Notes under the pieces: model-generated
Seen by the model: the letters and a program-made list of their open reading frames with translations, nothing else
Databases searched by the model: none
Told to the model about the DNA's origin: nothing
DNA from: Chrysomallon squamiferum
Taxonomy: Eukaryota; Animalia; Mollusca
Assembly (NCBI GenBank): GCA_012295275.1
Contig: CM022670.1
Span: forward strand, 32,488,001 to 32,552,000
DNA length: 64,000 nt
Direction of reading: 5' to 3'
Translations under genes and position numbers: made by a program
In this document: positions 27,925-41,101 of the stretch, in pieces
Layout of the letters: each line of letters opens with the position of its first letter
How positions within the stretch are numbered: position 1 is the first letter of the stretch

Positions 27925-28440
27925 GTAACATATGCTACCTGTGTTCATACATGCTAGAATACAAATTTCTGTGACCACAGAAAGTGTAAAACAAGTTACT
28001 CATGTTTTTAACAAAAGTTATCTGTGACCATAAAAGCTGTAACACAAGTTAACGCTCTCCTAGAACACAAGTTACCTATGTTCTTACAAGCTAGAAAACA
28101 AATTTATCTGACCATACAAAGTGTAAAACAAGTTAAATATGTTCTTACAAGCTAGAACAAAAGCTATCTATGACTATACAAGGTTTAACACAAGTTATCC
28201 ATCTTCTTGTAAGTGAGAAGATAAATTACTGCAGCCATACAATTGTGATGTTACAAGCTAGAAAACAAATTACTATGACCATAGAAACTGTAACTTAAGT
28301 TAACTCAACTTATCTGTGTTCATATGAGCAGTAACGCAAGTTACCTGTGTTCTTATAAGTTAGAATGCAAATAACCCATGTTCTTACAAGTTGGAATACA
28401 AGCTATATGTGACCATGCAACCTGCAATACAACTTATCAA
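27925..28440. repeat. Degenerate ~30/60-bp minisatellite
   Basis: Alternating CAAGTTACCTRTGTTCTTACAAGCTAGAA and TGACCATA-AA-TGTAA-ACAAGTTA units. Confidence 0.85.
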
Positions 28441-29084
28441 TGCCCTTTACCTACCACAAGTAAACTATTTTCACAGTAAATGAATTGGTTCGCTTTTACT
28501 ACATAACAGTTTTTCTTCTGAACACTAAAATGTGAGATGAAATCTTTGGTTGATGGTTTTGTCATCAGCAAATCATCATGGTACGGCTGTGCCTGGAATG
28601 ATTAGCTGTTTTCCTTTGATTTTTACATCCCAGAAACAGTTAGTGAAGAATTCCCATCTCACCTGACATTCTGTTCTGATTTATCATGATGGCAGGTTTT
28701 GTATCTTTTGTGAACTTTGACTGCAATGAACAACATATTTATCATTTTTCTTGGCATCATTTGTTTTAGTGACCTTGAAATGATTTTCTTTTGTTGCCTT
28801 AATGTGGCTTTGTTTCTCCATTATCTTTTTTCTTTATTTATTCTTTGCTCTGTCTCCTCTGTACCTCTCTATCTTCAACTCTCTTTCTCTATCTTTCTCT
28901 GTTTTTTTCCTCTTTTTCTCCTTCTCTACATCTCTTTTCCTTTCTATTTAAAAAAAGAACATTATTTATTTTCCTATTTCTTTCTTTTCACACTGATAAA
29001 CAACTAGCAATTTTGTATATCTGTATCTATATATATCTATCTGTCTCTCTACATATACACACATAACTGTCTTTGATAATCTAA

Positions 29085-29430
29085 GCTGGATTTGGAAATA
29101 GTGCTCTGAGGATTATTACTGATCCTCTAACCACTAAAGGAGCCTTAGTTATAAGTGTCTTGAGAATCCTCTGACTGAGAAAACCCTGCACTCTAACCAG
29201 TAAAGGAGCAAGGACTATAATTGGAAAAAACCAGTGAGTGTACACTGAGAAGTATTGATCCTGAAACTTATCAAGCCTGAGGCCTCTAACCTATCAAGCC
29301 TGACACCTCTATCCACTAAAGGAGCACTGGCTGTAATGGGAAATAATCCAAAGAGTGTACATTGAGAAGTATTGATCCTGTTACTTATCAGGCCTGCACT
29401 CAAACCCCTGAACTATACATCCCACCCCTC
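29085..29430 (-). mobile_element. SINE head region, internally tandem-duplicated (~117-bp unit)
   Basis: CACTAAAGGAGC-like motif three times; GAGTGTACAYTGAGAAGTATTGATCCTG at ~29236 and ~29353; CTGGCTGTAATGGGAAATA is the SINE motif. It ends CTGAACTATACATCCCACCC, whose reverse complement GGGTGGGATGTATAGTTCAG resembles a tRNA-like 5' end and A box. Confidence 0.6.
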
Positions 29431-30659
29431 TGTTGTGAGAAATAAACTGAATGCATTGCAGATATTGATTAGTCTCATGTTTCAACTGTCGATATCCTGA
29501 CACACTTAGAACATTTATGCAAATCACACACCAACTGACATACTTGCAATGAGAGAAAAAAAATGGTTTCAGGTGTCCAGAAGAAAAAAAACCATGGAGA
29601 AATTCATATGCTCAAGTTTGGTGAAATTCTTTTTTTTTTTTTTAATTTACTACCCACTCACTCATTTGTTGCAAATATTTATCAGCATGTTTTCATTGAC
29701 TGAGGGAAACAGCATTTGCTTGGATCAGATCAATTCTTTAGCCAGTTCTTACAAGTGCTATAAAGAGAACCAAATTTTCTTTCCCTTACTGAACAGTTTA
29801 CTGGAAATTCATTAAGTGGCAGTTGGAATGATTTGTTTTTATTTTATTTTAATTTTACAACGGCTGTCACATGCAGTCATGTTGTTACATGGTTTCACTC
29901 AAGCTTATGTTATAATTAACTGACTTGAGGACTAATATTTGAATAATACTTTCTTTTTATACTTTAGTTTAAATCTCAAAAAAAAGAAAAAAAGTGTAAG
30001 AAAAAAATAATAGAATCGAAAAGTGAACAAAAAAGAGAAAAAAAAAGAAGAAATAGACTATAATTGAACAGTTAATGTTATGCTAATCAAATTGTTATTT
30101 AATATTTATAAACCTTGTATTTGTCATGTCAGTATTGTTGTAGGTTGTAGTTGTTTGGTTTTTTCTTCTTTGAGAAAGAAGATTACTGCAGGGTTAAGAC
30201 ATTTTTATCTTGTATGTGACATTAACCAGAGATTAAAAAGAAAATCAAAAGTGAAATCTCCAAACAGAGGTGGAAAAATAATTTTTCTAAAGTAAAACGT
30301 ATAAGCAGTGAATGTATCTAAACTGTAAATCCTAAAACTTGTATTCAGCAAAGAAAAAGCTCAGTTTAATAAAATAAAAATTATTTTTATTTGTCAAGGA
30401 ATTTAATACTTGTAAAATGAAATAGAAGAATTCCACATGTTTATGCAGTGACTTGAAAGAGCAACAGTTTTGAACTGAAATTGAAATTCTCTGTGTGTAT
30501 GCTGTGAAGGAAAAACAATACAAATGGAATCATACAGAAATTCTATATTTACATGCTGTGAAGAAAATTTCACACTGGTTTATCAAAAATTGAAAATGTA
30601 CATATAAATATATACATAGTAAAACACATTTAAAAAATACATCTATTATTTACATTCAG

Positions 30660-31230
30660 TGAACGGAAAATTTGGACACTAATGTACAAAGCTTCATATA
30701 CAATTTGTTCATTATTTGAGATTAATAATTCTGCATGTAATTAGTACGAGGTGTATTGTTCTATCATTGTGTTTGCCACCTGTGGAAAGGTTGATGCACT
30801 TTTACCATTCTTTGTTATGACACTGTGCCGGGCAGATGATCGCAAATACTTGGGAACTCAGTAGAGCAACAGGACTTTTTCATCAGGTGCTTTGTGGATC
30901 CACAGACACAATGAGATTACCCAGCGCTGCCATGCAAGTCGGGATTAAGCTGTAGCTATGTTGTCTTGTTAGGCCTCGCAGTGTGTGATGGAATACACCA
31001 GCAGAGACTGTGAGATCACCGGCATGCATTAAACACATTACCATCACTTGGCACAATTGTTCAAGTTTTTCCACAGTCTTCTTCTTACTGATGGACATAG
31101 TACAATGTTGTCACTGACGGTGCCAGTTCCACCTCAAGCACAACGTCGTCGACATTCATGGATTTGGTGAGAAAAAAAATCGTATTGTAAAAATATCTGT
31201 AATAGAATAGCCAACAATCGAGAGCAGTTT
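30660..31230 (+). promoter_or_regulatory. CpG-retaining promoter / 5'UTR segment of the RRHSWIC exon
   Basis: About a dozen CpGs and raised GC in ~600 bp, coinciding with the PDE4-like first exon. Confidence 0.6.
31105..31166 (+). CDS. PDE4: PDE4 (dunce-type cAMP phosphodiesterase) isoform-specific N-terminal exon: MLSLTVPVPPQAQRRRHSWI+TG, phase-2 donor
   Basis: ACAATG start with an in-frame TAA at 31030. CGT CGT CGA CAT TCA TGG ATT TG|GTGAGA reproduces the RRHSWIC motif of PDE4D3-type N-termini, with the splice site where the common FDV(D/E)NG exon joins. The call rests on a 7-residue motif plus splice position. Confidence 0.8.
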
Positions 31231-31309
31231 TTACCTGCTGTCATTCACACTTCATTTAAAGTTTTAGTTGGTAATAATACAGAATTAATTGTGCTATATT
31301 TTATATTAT

Positions 31310-31760
31310 TGTTGAATTTAGGAGTTATAATCTATAGTAATATTGAATTTATGTTTGTCATAATCTGTAGTAATATTTAAATTAAGTGTTATAATCGATA
31401 GAATATTGAATTTTAGTGTATTATACTCTATAATAATATAGAATTTAAATTTGTTTTAATTTATAATAATATTGAACTTAAATATGTTTTAATCTGTATT
31501 AATATTTAAATTAAGTGTTATAACCTACAGAAATATTGAATTTAAATATATTATAATATATAATAAAATAAAAATAAAGTATGTTATAATCTGTAATATA
31601 TTAAAATTAAATGAGTTATAGTTTATAATAATGTTGAATTTAACTGTTGCACCGAAAAATATTGAAATTAAATAAGCTGCAGTTTGTAATAATACTGAAT
31701 TAAATGACTTAATGTTTATAATAATAAACTTAATTTAAATATATTATCAATTGTAATAAC
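31310..31760. repeat. Degenerate ~31-bp AT-rich minisatellite (TTATAATCTATAGTAATATTGAATTTA...)
   Basis: More than ten recognisable AATATTGAATTTA / TTATAATC units. Confidence 0.8.
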
Positions 31761-31863
31761 ATTAAGGAAATCAGAGCTACATTATTTCCAGATTTTGCAT
31801 AATAATAATGAATTAAGCATGTTTTTTTTATGTATGTATATATGGTGTTTTTGTTTGTGTACT

Positions 31864-31867
<4 letters not shown>

Positions 31868-31940
<73 letters not shown>
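31868..31940. repeat. (GT)n microsatellite
   Basis: Direct reading. Confidence 0.97.
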
Positions 31941-31942
<2 letters not shown>

Positions 31943-34359
31943 ATGCATATCGGTATAAAAACCTTTTCTTTATGAGTTAGCCAGTTAATTCAAAATCAAT
32001 TCCAAAACAACAGTTGTTGCTAGATATCAAATATACTGTGGTTAAAAACAGTTTAGATTGTTATTCATTTTGGAAAACCTGTTGTTTTCAAATAGTTAAT
32101 AAATTTTTATGTGTGCATCCACAGAGACATATACACATGCCATCACATTCACAGACACACTTGTGTGCTTATCCAGACATAATTTTAAATACATAAATAC
32201 TTGTCAAACAAGTACACACACATGAACATAGAAAATACACAGAGACATATGCATTCACTCATATAAAAAAACTTATGACACTTTTATTTGAAAAACAAAA
32301 TATATGAACTTTTATTATGATTAAATATTATTGTACTTGAAAAAAATGAAACAGATAAAATATATATATATATATATATATTCTATGTCCAAAAAAGAAA
32401 AGAAAACAATGTGCAATTGCAGGAATTTGCCATCATGATGCAATCAGTGTAATAACAGACTGTAAGTAGAGAATATTTATACTGCCAGAAGCTGATTATG
32501 CTAAAATAGAAAAAAATGATTTAATGATTTGTGTGTGTGAATTGTGTGTGTGTATATATAAAATACTTCTTCAAATTCATCAGTATATATTCTCCTGTCA
32601 TTTTATGTATCTATATGTGTGGTATATGTATGTCTTTATGTGTATGTATGCATGCATAAGTCAGTAGATGTGTGTTTATGTGCATCTCTGAGTGCACATG
32701 TGTGAATATATATATTACTGCATCAAGGAAAGCTGTTACTTTGAGAAGGTGCTTATCACAATAATGTTAATCACCACAAATTGCAGAGGAACTGTAAACT
32801 TCATAATCAGACTCTGTTTAATAATTAACAGCTGTTTTCAAACAAGAGTATAAAACACATCTATTACTTTGAAATCTTTTAAAACTAAATTTCAGAACCT
32901 AAATCCTTTTTTTTTTATTTTTTTTTTTTTTTATTTTTATTTTATCAGGAAATGTTTTGTTTTTTGTTTCTTTGTCTTTTTTTAATTTTGTATTTATTTA
33001 TTTATTTGTTTGTTTGTTTATTATTTCATTTTTATTATTATTATTTGTTTTATTCAGCTGCAGTTCATTCTGTTTAATATTCTATGTTCAATAACACATT
33101 ATTTATTTATGACAACTCTAAATGGAATTCTGAATTGAATGTTCTGTTATTTGAAATTTCACACAAAACATCAGGAATAAAAACAAAGCACTGAAACTGA
33201 GGTTAACTTTTTAAAGATAAATATTTCATGTTACTCAAAGTACATTAATATTTATTTTTTATTATGACAATAATCTCATAAATATAATATTTCACTGCAT
33301 TTTTTCCTTTTCACCAAGTAAAGAAATAAATTCTAGAGCACAAAATAAAAGAGATAAATATTTCAGGTGTGTATTCCAAAATAATGTTAATAATCAGCTA
33401 TATCAAAATTATTAATCAGATGCTTTTAAATCAAAATGATTAATTTGGATTTTTATTAATACTCAGTAAAAAAACATCTGTTTTTAGATGTGATTTTCTT
33501 AAATGATATATAATTACATGTGTGGTTCATGATATCTGTAGATTGTATGGTGCTTGATAAACTTTTTAAGATAATTAATGTACAAATTATTTTGTTATGT
33601 AAGCATATGCAGGTTCTAGCAAAAACAATAAATAAATATAGAGTGCATGAGAAACACTATGAATATATAGAATATATAGCAACACATAAAAGCAACATCA
33701 ACATGAACACAACAAATACTCAATCTTAGTAAAAACTTTTTACTGAATGTGTAATTGTGAATCTTAATAACTGGACATCAGATCAACAAATTCCAGTTTT
33801 GAATAATGATGACATGAGGTGAAAAATATGAATATTTATTGTTTATTTGTTTGTTTATTCTGGATACCAACATTTTCAAACAAATATTTATAACATGTGA
33901 AAAAGATGGTGGGCAAGTTTAATGCAGTACTGATAGGATTGGCCTTTAAACAGTCATTAGTTATTGTTTTCCCATAGAGCCTTGATTTCTTACATTGTCT
34001 ATGTAGACAGCTCATTTCACAAACAGCCTGTCAATGGTATTATTCTTGAGTTACTCTTGGATATGCAGCTAAATCCTATAGCTTGGAAATAAGTAGATAA
34101 CAATTGATAGAGTTTGACAAGTTAATGTAGTTACAAGAGAGAGACAAAAAATTAAAGATTGTGGAATGCAATTTGAAAATCTTCTTCAATCTTTCGCTAG
34201 TTTTATGAGCTCTAGATCCCAAATCCTGGTTCACTCTGAAAGTTTTCCCAAGTTTTTTATTATTTTCAATGTCCTAATGTATTTCCCACATAATGTGACT
34301 TGCAGAGTGTGTTTGTGTTATGAGTTATGGTCAAATTACGTTATTCACTATTTTCTAAA

Positions 34360-34860
34360 GAGTCATTGACATAAGAAACTCTTCTAGATTTTGTTAACAA
34401 GACTTAACAGAACTTCTTCTTATTATCAGTGGTAGTCAAACCAAAGTTGCTCCCTTTCTTGTAAGTGTCATTAACATAAGTGGAACAGCTTTTCTTAGGA
34501 TGTATGTAACAAGACTTGAAGACAATGTAGATGTTGTCAGTGTTCATGAAACTAATGTTTTCTGGTTTTCTTAAGTGTCATTGAATTAAATGGAAAAAAC
34601 TATGCAAGATTTTATTAGGATATATGTAATAAGACTTGAAGATGATGTTCATGTTATCAAAGACAGCCAAACTGGTGTATTCCCTTTCCATTACAAGTCA
34701 TTGAATTAGCTGGAACAAACCATACTAGATTTTGTTAGGATAAATGTAACAAGACTTGAAGACAATATGCATGTTGTCAGTGGTAGCCAAACTAATGTCA
34801 TTCCCTTTCTTTTAAGTGTCACTGACATAATTGGATAAAACTGTTCTAGATTTTATTAGT
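34360..34860. repeat. ~110-120-bp tandem repeat, ~4.5 copies
   Basis: GTCATTGA...TAGATTTTGTTAGGAT-ATGTAACAAGACTTGAAGACAAT...GTGGTAGCCAAAC...TTCCCTTTC recurring near 34362, 34467, 34577, 34697 and 34817. Confidence 0.85.
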
Positions 34861-37800
34861 ATGGAAGAAGTGCTTGTATTCAGCAAAAAAGTAAGATAAT
34901 GATGTATTGGGGCTGTCATGTTCAGAGTTTTTGTGTCAGTAATAATAATTTGTGTCAAATATATTAAGACATTTCTCTGACTTCTTTGACTGTAACAGCT
35001 TTTCATAGAGATTTTGTTTCTACCAGTACTACAGTATATGTGTATTGGATAAAAATAAAAATGATGCTTTTTGAAATACTATCTCTATTACAGTCTACAA
35101 GATGAAGCAAATTTATGGTTTATAGGTTGTCACCTTTTCTTCATTTAAAATAAATTTGATACAGAATGAGCAGTTAATGAACCAGTATGCATGTGTTATT
35201 GTAATTCATTTCCTTGTATGTCACACATACCTTTATTTAAACATTAATATAATAACATACATCAAACAACCTTTTTTGTGTATGTCTTATGTGACGCAAA
35301 CACATTTTTTCTTCACCTTGTCAGATATACACATTAGCAATAAGTGATGAATAAATTTCTAATCGATAAGAAAGATATATTTCTTAGTATTTATTCTTAT
35401 CAAGTTTTTAAAAGCCTGTTCTTATCTGTCTTCGTATTTCCTTCTTAAATGTATAATAAAGTAATACCCATTTATCTAGGAAATTTGTTATGAAAATTAA
35501 GTGTAAATACTGTCAAAAATAGATACTTGGCCACAGTTATCATGTTAATCTTCAACACACAGAAAAGACAGGTGTTAGGGATGTGCTTAATGCATGCTGT
35601 GGTTTAACTGTAACATGATGATAAAGATTACAACAATACGTCATCAAGTACAGATCTCTTTAAACATCATCATTATCAACAAATCAACACATCACTGTGA
35701 AATTCTTCACCTGCTGTTATGTGTTTGAAGATGGAAATGTTAGGAAAGAAACTGGTTAGTAGTAATGAAGGTGATGATGATAATGATGATTATTATTATT
35801 ATAATGATATGATGATAATATTGATTATAATTATATTAATAAAAAATGGTAAAATATTTTTATTATTAATATCATTAATAATTAATGTTGTTATTGTTAT
35901 TATTGTTATTAATGTTATAACATTTTAGTTACTTTTATTATAATAATCATCAATATTATAATTACTTCTACTACTACTAATACTACTGTTATGACTTTTA
36001 ATATTATTATTACTGATGTCATTATCACTATTATAAATTATTTTTATTCTTATTAATATTATTATGAGCAATTTTCTCTTTTTATCAACAAAATATTTGA
36101 TATTTTTATTTCATGATTATATATCTCAGTACAGTATTAGACATTTAGATAAATATTAATAACAATAATGATAATAATGTTAAAAATAACAGTTAATCTG
36201 ATATTATAACAGAAATGGTAATTTTGTAATGTTTTATTTCACAAACTCTATGATTATAATAAAAAATAATTTTTAAAAATGATGGCAGCTTTTTTAATAT
36301 TTTAAGAGACAAACATGATCTGTGGCCTTTTTTGTTGTAATTATAGCAAATGTAACTCAGATTTTGCTTTGAATCATTCGTTTATAGAATGTTTACTAGA
36401 GATAGTTTAAATTTAAAAGGTAATATTTATTTATGGCACACATCTATTCTTACAAACACTGAAAAAAAAACATTACTCAAGGCATTCACACTTTTAACAC
36501 AAACATGACAGATCTATTAAGGAAACTTCTCAAATCTATTACATAACAAACCATCAACTAAAAACCATTTAAAAAACAAGTGAACATTGTGTCAAAGCCA
36601 TTTCTTATATTAATCTTTTCATTTTTTTATGATTATTATTATTTTTTATATGTAGGTCTCTTTTCATGTTGGCCATTGTTTGACATAAACATTTAAAGCT
36701 GGAGTTTCTTGTTGAGAAATATTTGTGTGACTGAGATGACATTTTGTATGAATGTTGAGGACTGCCAGAGGCTTGAGTCTTTTTCAGTGTCTTGATTAGA
36801 TAGCCACAACAACACTTAACAGCAATTTTCAAATTTGTTATTTTTATTTTAGTATTTTATAACAAAAAAGCCCTTATCATCTTCAAGCCCCAAATTTCCC
36901 CAAAGTAGCCACTCCACATAATTATGATAAAAATAATTGCTACTTGTAGCTTCAAGTCAACTTAATTGATATCAGGATTAAAAAGATGGTTGCATTTTGA
37001 TTTTTGATAAATTTGATTTCTTTTTCTGAAGAGTCTGTTGAAATTGTAAAGATTTATTGATATCATTTATAAATATTTCACTTCATTCATTTTCTGTTCT
37101 TAATGGTTGTCAGTATTATAAAGTTTTTACTAAAGAAGGTTAAAGAAACTGTAGATAATTTATTATTGTTGTAATTATCAACTCATTTATGCCAAGAAAT
37201 ATATAAATAATTCAAAATTGTTATTGTGTTTTATCAACATCATCAGTTTAGACACTTTGTCAATAATTACTCATTCTTGAGTATGAAATCAATGAGTGCA
37301 ATTCTTATTAGCCTAATTAATTTATAGTTTATTTTCAACATCAGTCATTCCTGTTTAAAACTATCAATATTTATACTGTGTTGGAGGATTTTTTAAAATT
37401 TATTATTTATATAGTATGATTCATTCACCTTCCCTTGTATCTTAATTAATATTTATATTGGAAAATTATTTTTATTTATTTGTTTTATGTACATCATAAT
37501 CAATGAACCAAATTTTCTTCATTATACAGCCATTCATATTTATATTGGATCGAGGTATCATTTTATTTATTAATTTATTTACAATCACTCCATCTGAATA
37601 CATACATGTTAATATTGAACTGAGAAACTGTTTTACAAACACACACACACACACATTTATATTATTGTGTGTGTATATTTATTTATTAAAGAAAATGACA
37701 AAACAGTAATTATTAGCTAGAGTAATTCCTCTGTGTATTCTAATCAATAAGATAATAAATAAATTATTATTTACTGATTATGAAAATGAAGTATGGCTAG

Positions 37801-38031
37801 CACTTTCCACTCCAACAAAAAACCTCAGAAATAAACAAAATAAAAACAGCATTGTTTAATTTCTTATTGTTATGGACAACACAACAACACTGATATTAAT
37901 GAATGTTTAACTTCTTTCTTTCTTTTGGCAACAGTAACTTTAAACACTCAGTATTATCTTATTTTTATTGGTAAAACTGACAATGCACTTGTATGATGTA
38001 TTCTACCTTATGTTTCATGAATATTAGTGAG

Positions 38032-38116
38032 GCATTAACATTTTTCTGTTACTAATGTAGCATTAACATTTTTATGTTACTAATGTAGCATTCGTATTTT
38101 TCTGTTACTAATGTGG
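38032..38116. repeat. 28-bp tandem repeat x3 (GCATTAACATTTTTCTGTTACTAATGTA)
   Basis: Direct reading. Confidence 0.85.
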
Positions 38117-38777
38117 CCTTTATGCCAGGTAACCAAATGTTCACATTCACTGAACTCTTTTCATCCAAAACGAAAGATTAAAAAAAAAAAAAAAATGATT
38201 TGTTGTGAAAATCATCCATAAAGAGTTTTGTCATACTCCAGGGAATTCATTTCTGTGTTCATAATAGAACTTCTGCTCCTCTTTGTTCTAGAGAGTTCAA
38301 TGTAGGTCACAGTCAACACAAACACAGTGTTTATCCAGCATGCTTTATTTTCCCAGTTAATTAATTTATGTACATTGGCATAATTATGAAAGAACGAAAT
38401 TGAATGAAAAACATGAAAAGATATACAGTGTGATAACACAGTAGAAAGCATCATTAAAAAGGTAGTAATAACAATAATAATATAATACCACTAAATATAA
38501 GTAAAAATAATTATAAAGGGAACTGGTCTGATTAAAGACTGCTAATTTTTGTAATTTTATTCTTCTTAGTATAGTTTACCAGAATATAAGTTATTTACAT
38601 TTAATTCAGTTATGGTACTAAAATCCTCACAGATGGCTGAAACATTATTGCAGAAACTCCTCTCCATCACTTACATTTTTAGAAATGTTTATTTTCTCAA
38701 CTCTTTGTATATAAGATCTGTTAGAATATAAAATTTATTCTTCTTGCATTTTTCAATCCATTGTTGTCCAAAGACTG

Positions 38778-39062
38778 ATTAATCAGTTTAGTGTACATGC
38801 TAAACCCATTAAATTAATCAGTTTAGTGTACATTCTAAACCATTAAATGAATCAGTTTAGTGTACATTCTAAACCATTAAATTAATCAGTTTAGTGTACA
38901 TTCTAAACCCATTAAATTAATCAGTTTAGTGTACATTCTAAACCCATTAAATTAATCAGTTTAGTGTACATTCTAAACCCATTAAATTAATCAGTTTAGT
39001 GAACATTCTAAACCCATTAAATTAATCAGTTTAGTGTACATTCTAAACCCATTAAATTAATC
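38778..39062. repeat. Young 35-bp minisatellite x8 (ATTAATCAGTTTAGTGTACATTCTAAACCCATTAA)
   Basis: Eight near-identical head-to-tail units with no spacers; each unit is an imperfect palindrome. Confidence 0.95.
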
Positions 39063-40159
39063 TCCTTTTTTTTCTCTTATTTTTTTTTAAATTTATGATT
39101 TCATTTTCAATGAACATTCTAAACCACTTAAATTAATCTCCTTTCTTTTCTCTCACTTTTTTCTTCTAATTTATAATTTAGAACTGTTTATAGCTGATAT
39201 CACGAGTAGAATTATTTTCATTTGAAATATTTTCTTCTATTTCTAATTCTAAAACAGTACTGAGATTGATGAACAAGTATATAATATCATCTAAAATCTT
39301 TTTCTTTAATTTTTGTATTTTTAGAAAATTGTTACTTTCTGTTATTCTTAATATAATATAAGATGAATTCTTCTTGTTAAATATTTTCTTTTATTTAAAG
39401 TACTAAACAGTACCAAGATTATTTAATCAGAATATAATATCTTCTAAAATCCTTCACATCAATTTTTATTCTTTTTTTCTGTATTCTTCATAGTTAAAAT
39501 TGTTATTACATTTTATTTATTGAGCTTGTGAGATATTTCATTGTAAATATTGTTCCACTGTAAGCTATATCATGGTACTATATCATTCTTAAGAAACATT
39601 TTTGTAACATTATAAGTTTTACAGTTATTTTTATTACCTTTTGATAGTTTTAATGTTTATGTTGTTTTATAAAAAATATATAATAATGGTAAAATACTTT
39701 TAAGACCTTTGTGATAATTTGATTGGGAATAATGCTAAGTAATTATGTTTTGAAAATTGAATTAAAGTTACCACATCTTCAGAAAATCCTGTTTTAAATA
39801 AAATTATTTATGCCTGTTAAATTTTAATACTGTACAGTAACAAGAATTTCTGTCAATGAAAAACAGTATTTGAATAAGCACATACAATAAAATAAAACAC
39901 ATTGGGAATTCCATAACACTTCAAACCATATTAATGGTTAAGAGTGGTTAAAACCATCACTGTATACAGTTTTGTTTATTATTTATAAACCAAATTTACA
40001 GGGCTTAGACAATTTTATTAAATTTCCAATGATATATAAATGATGAAACTTTTGGTGATATTATTTTCATTCTGTTACTACCAGGTAGCTCTCATGATTA
40101 GTTTTATATACATCTTCTCATATAGAGAGAAACACACACCACAATTTTCAAAGAGCATT

Positions 40160-40250
40160 AATTGGAATGGGAAACAGTAAAGTTGTAGTACAGGAGAGGG
40201 TTGATCTTGTGACCTGTTGTGTCTTAATGTGGCACATCACTGAGCCACTA
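40160..40250 (-). mobile_element. SINE head fragment with A-box/B-box-like motifs
   Basis: The minus strand reads TAGTGGCTCAGTGATG...AAGATCAACCC...TTTCCCATTCCAA. Confidence 0.45.
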
Positions 40251-41054
40251 AACAAGTGAACCAGTAAACAACTGAAGCACTGAAACACTAAAACACTGAA
40301 CCAGAGCCCACTGGTTGAAAAAACACAACCAAAAGACCTTTCAGAAATATTAGTTTTTATTCATCATGCAGCATGAGATTGTGAATGTCTTTGATATGAA
40401 ACAGATAAATGTAAATTTTCTTTTCAAAAAATGTATAATGAAAAGTGAAGATTAATTCCCGAATGAGCCTTTTTATGAATTAACTATGTCTTCTAGTTGA
40501 CAAATATTGCATGTTTCTAACACTGGAAGTTTTTGTATGTCGCATCCATGACTATATTGTATTTGGTTGGGAATGGAATAGAGAAATAATTTATTATATA
40601 AAAAAAATTTCATTTCTTCTTGATTTTAATTTTTTTTTGATATGATGGTGTTATTCTTTGAATATTCATTTACATTTTGACTTATATACAAAAGTGAGTA
40701 TAACTATATATATATATATATATATATATTTCCATTTTGATAATTTGTTTTATAATATTTAAACTTTTGCAGGATCATCTAATTTTCAACTATTAAGAGA
40801 AAAAAAATTCTTCAGTTTGGTAGTTGCAAATGTGTTTCACGTTTTGTTCAGTTGTTAAAACTTTAGCAAAAACATATATATTACAATTGGGCCATAAATG
40901 TAAATGAGTTTAATAATGTTTTATATTTTTTATTTAATTTTTTTTTTTCAGTTTCCTAACCTTAGTTAAAATTTCCAAAAATATTAATTCTGTTGATAAC
41001 AAAATATATTTCCTTTTTTGTTATAATTTTTCTCTCTGTGATCTTCAGTTTAAG

Positions 41055-41058
<4 letters not shown>

Positions 41059-41099
<41 letters not shown>
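41059..41099. repeat. (TA)n microsatellite
   Basis: Direct reading. Confidence 0.95.

Positions 41100-41101
<2 letters not shown>

Noticed and set aside
38778-39062. 35-bp palindromic repeats resembling CRISPR direct repeats
   Set aside because: Units are head-to-tail with no unique spacers, no cas genes are present, and the context is eukaryotic.
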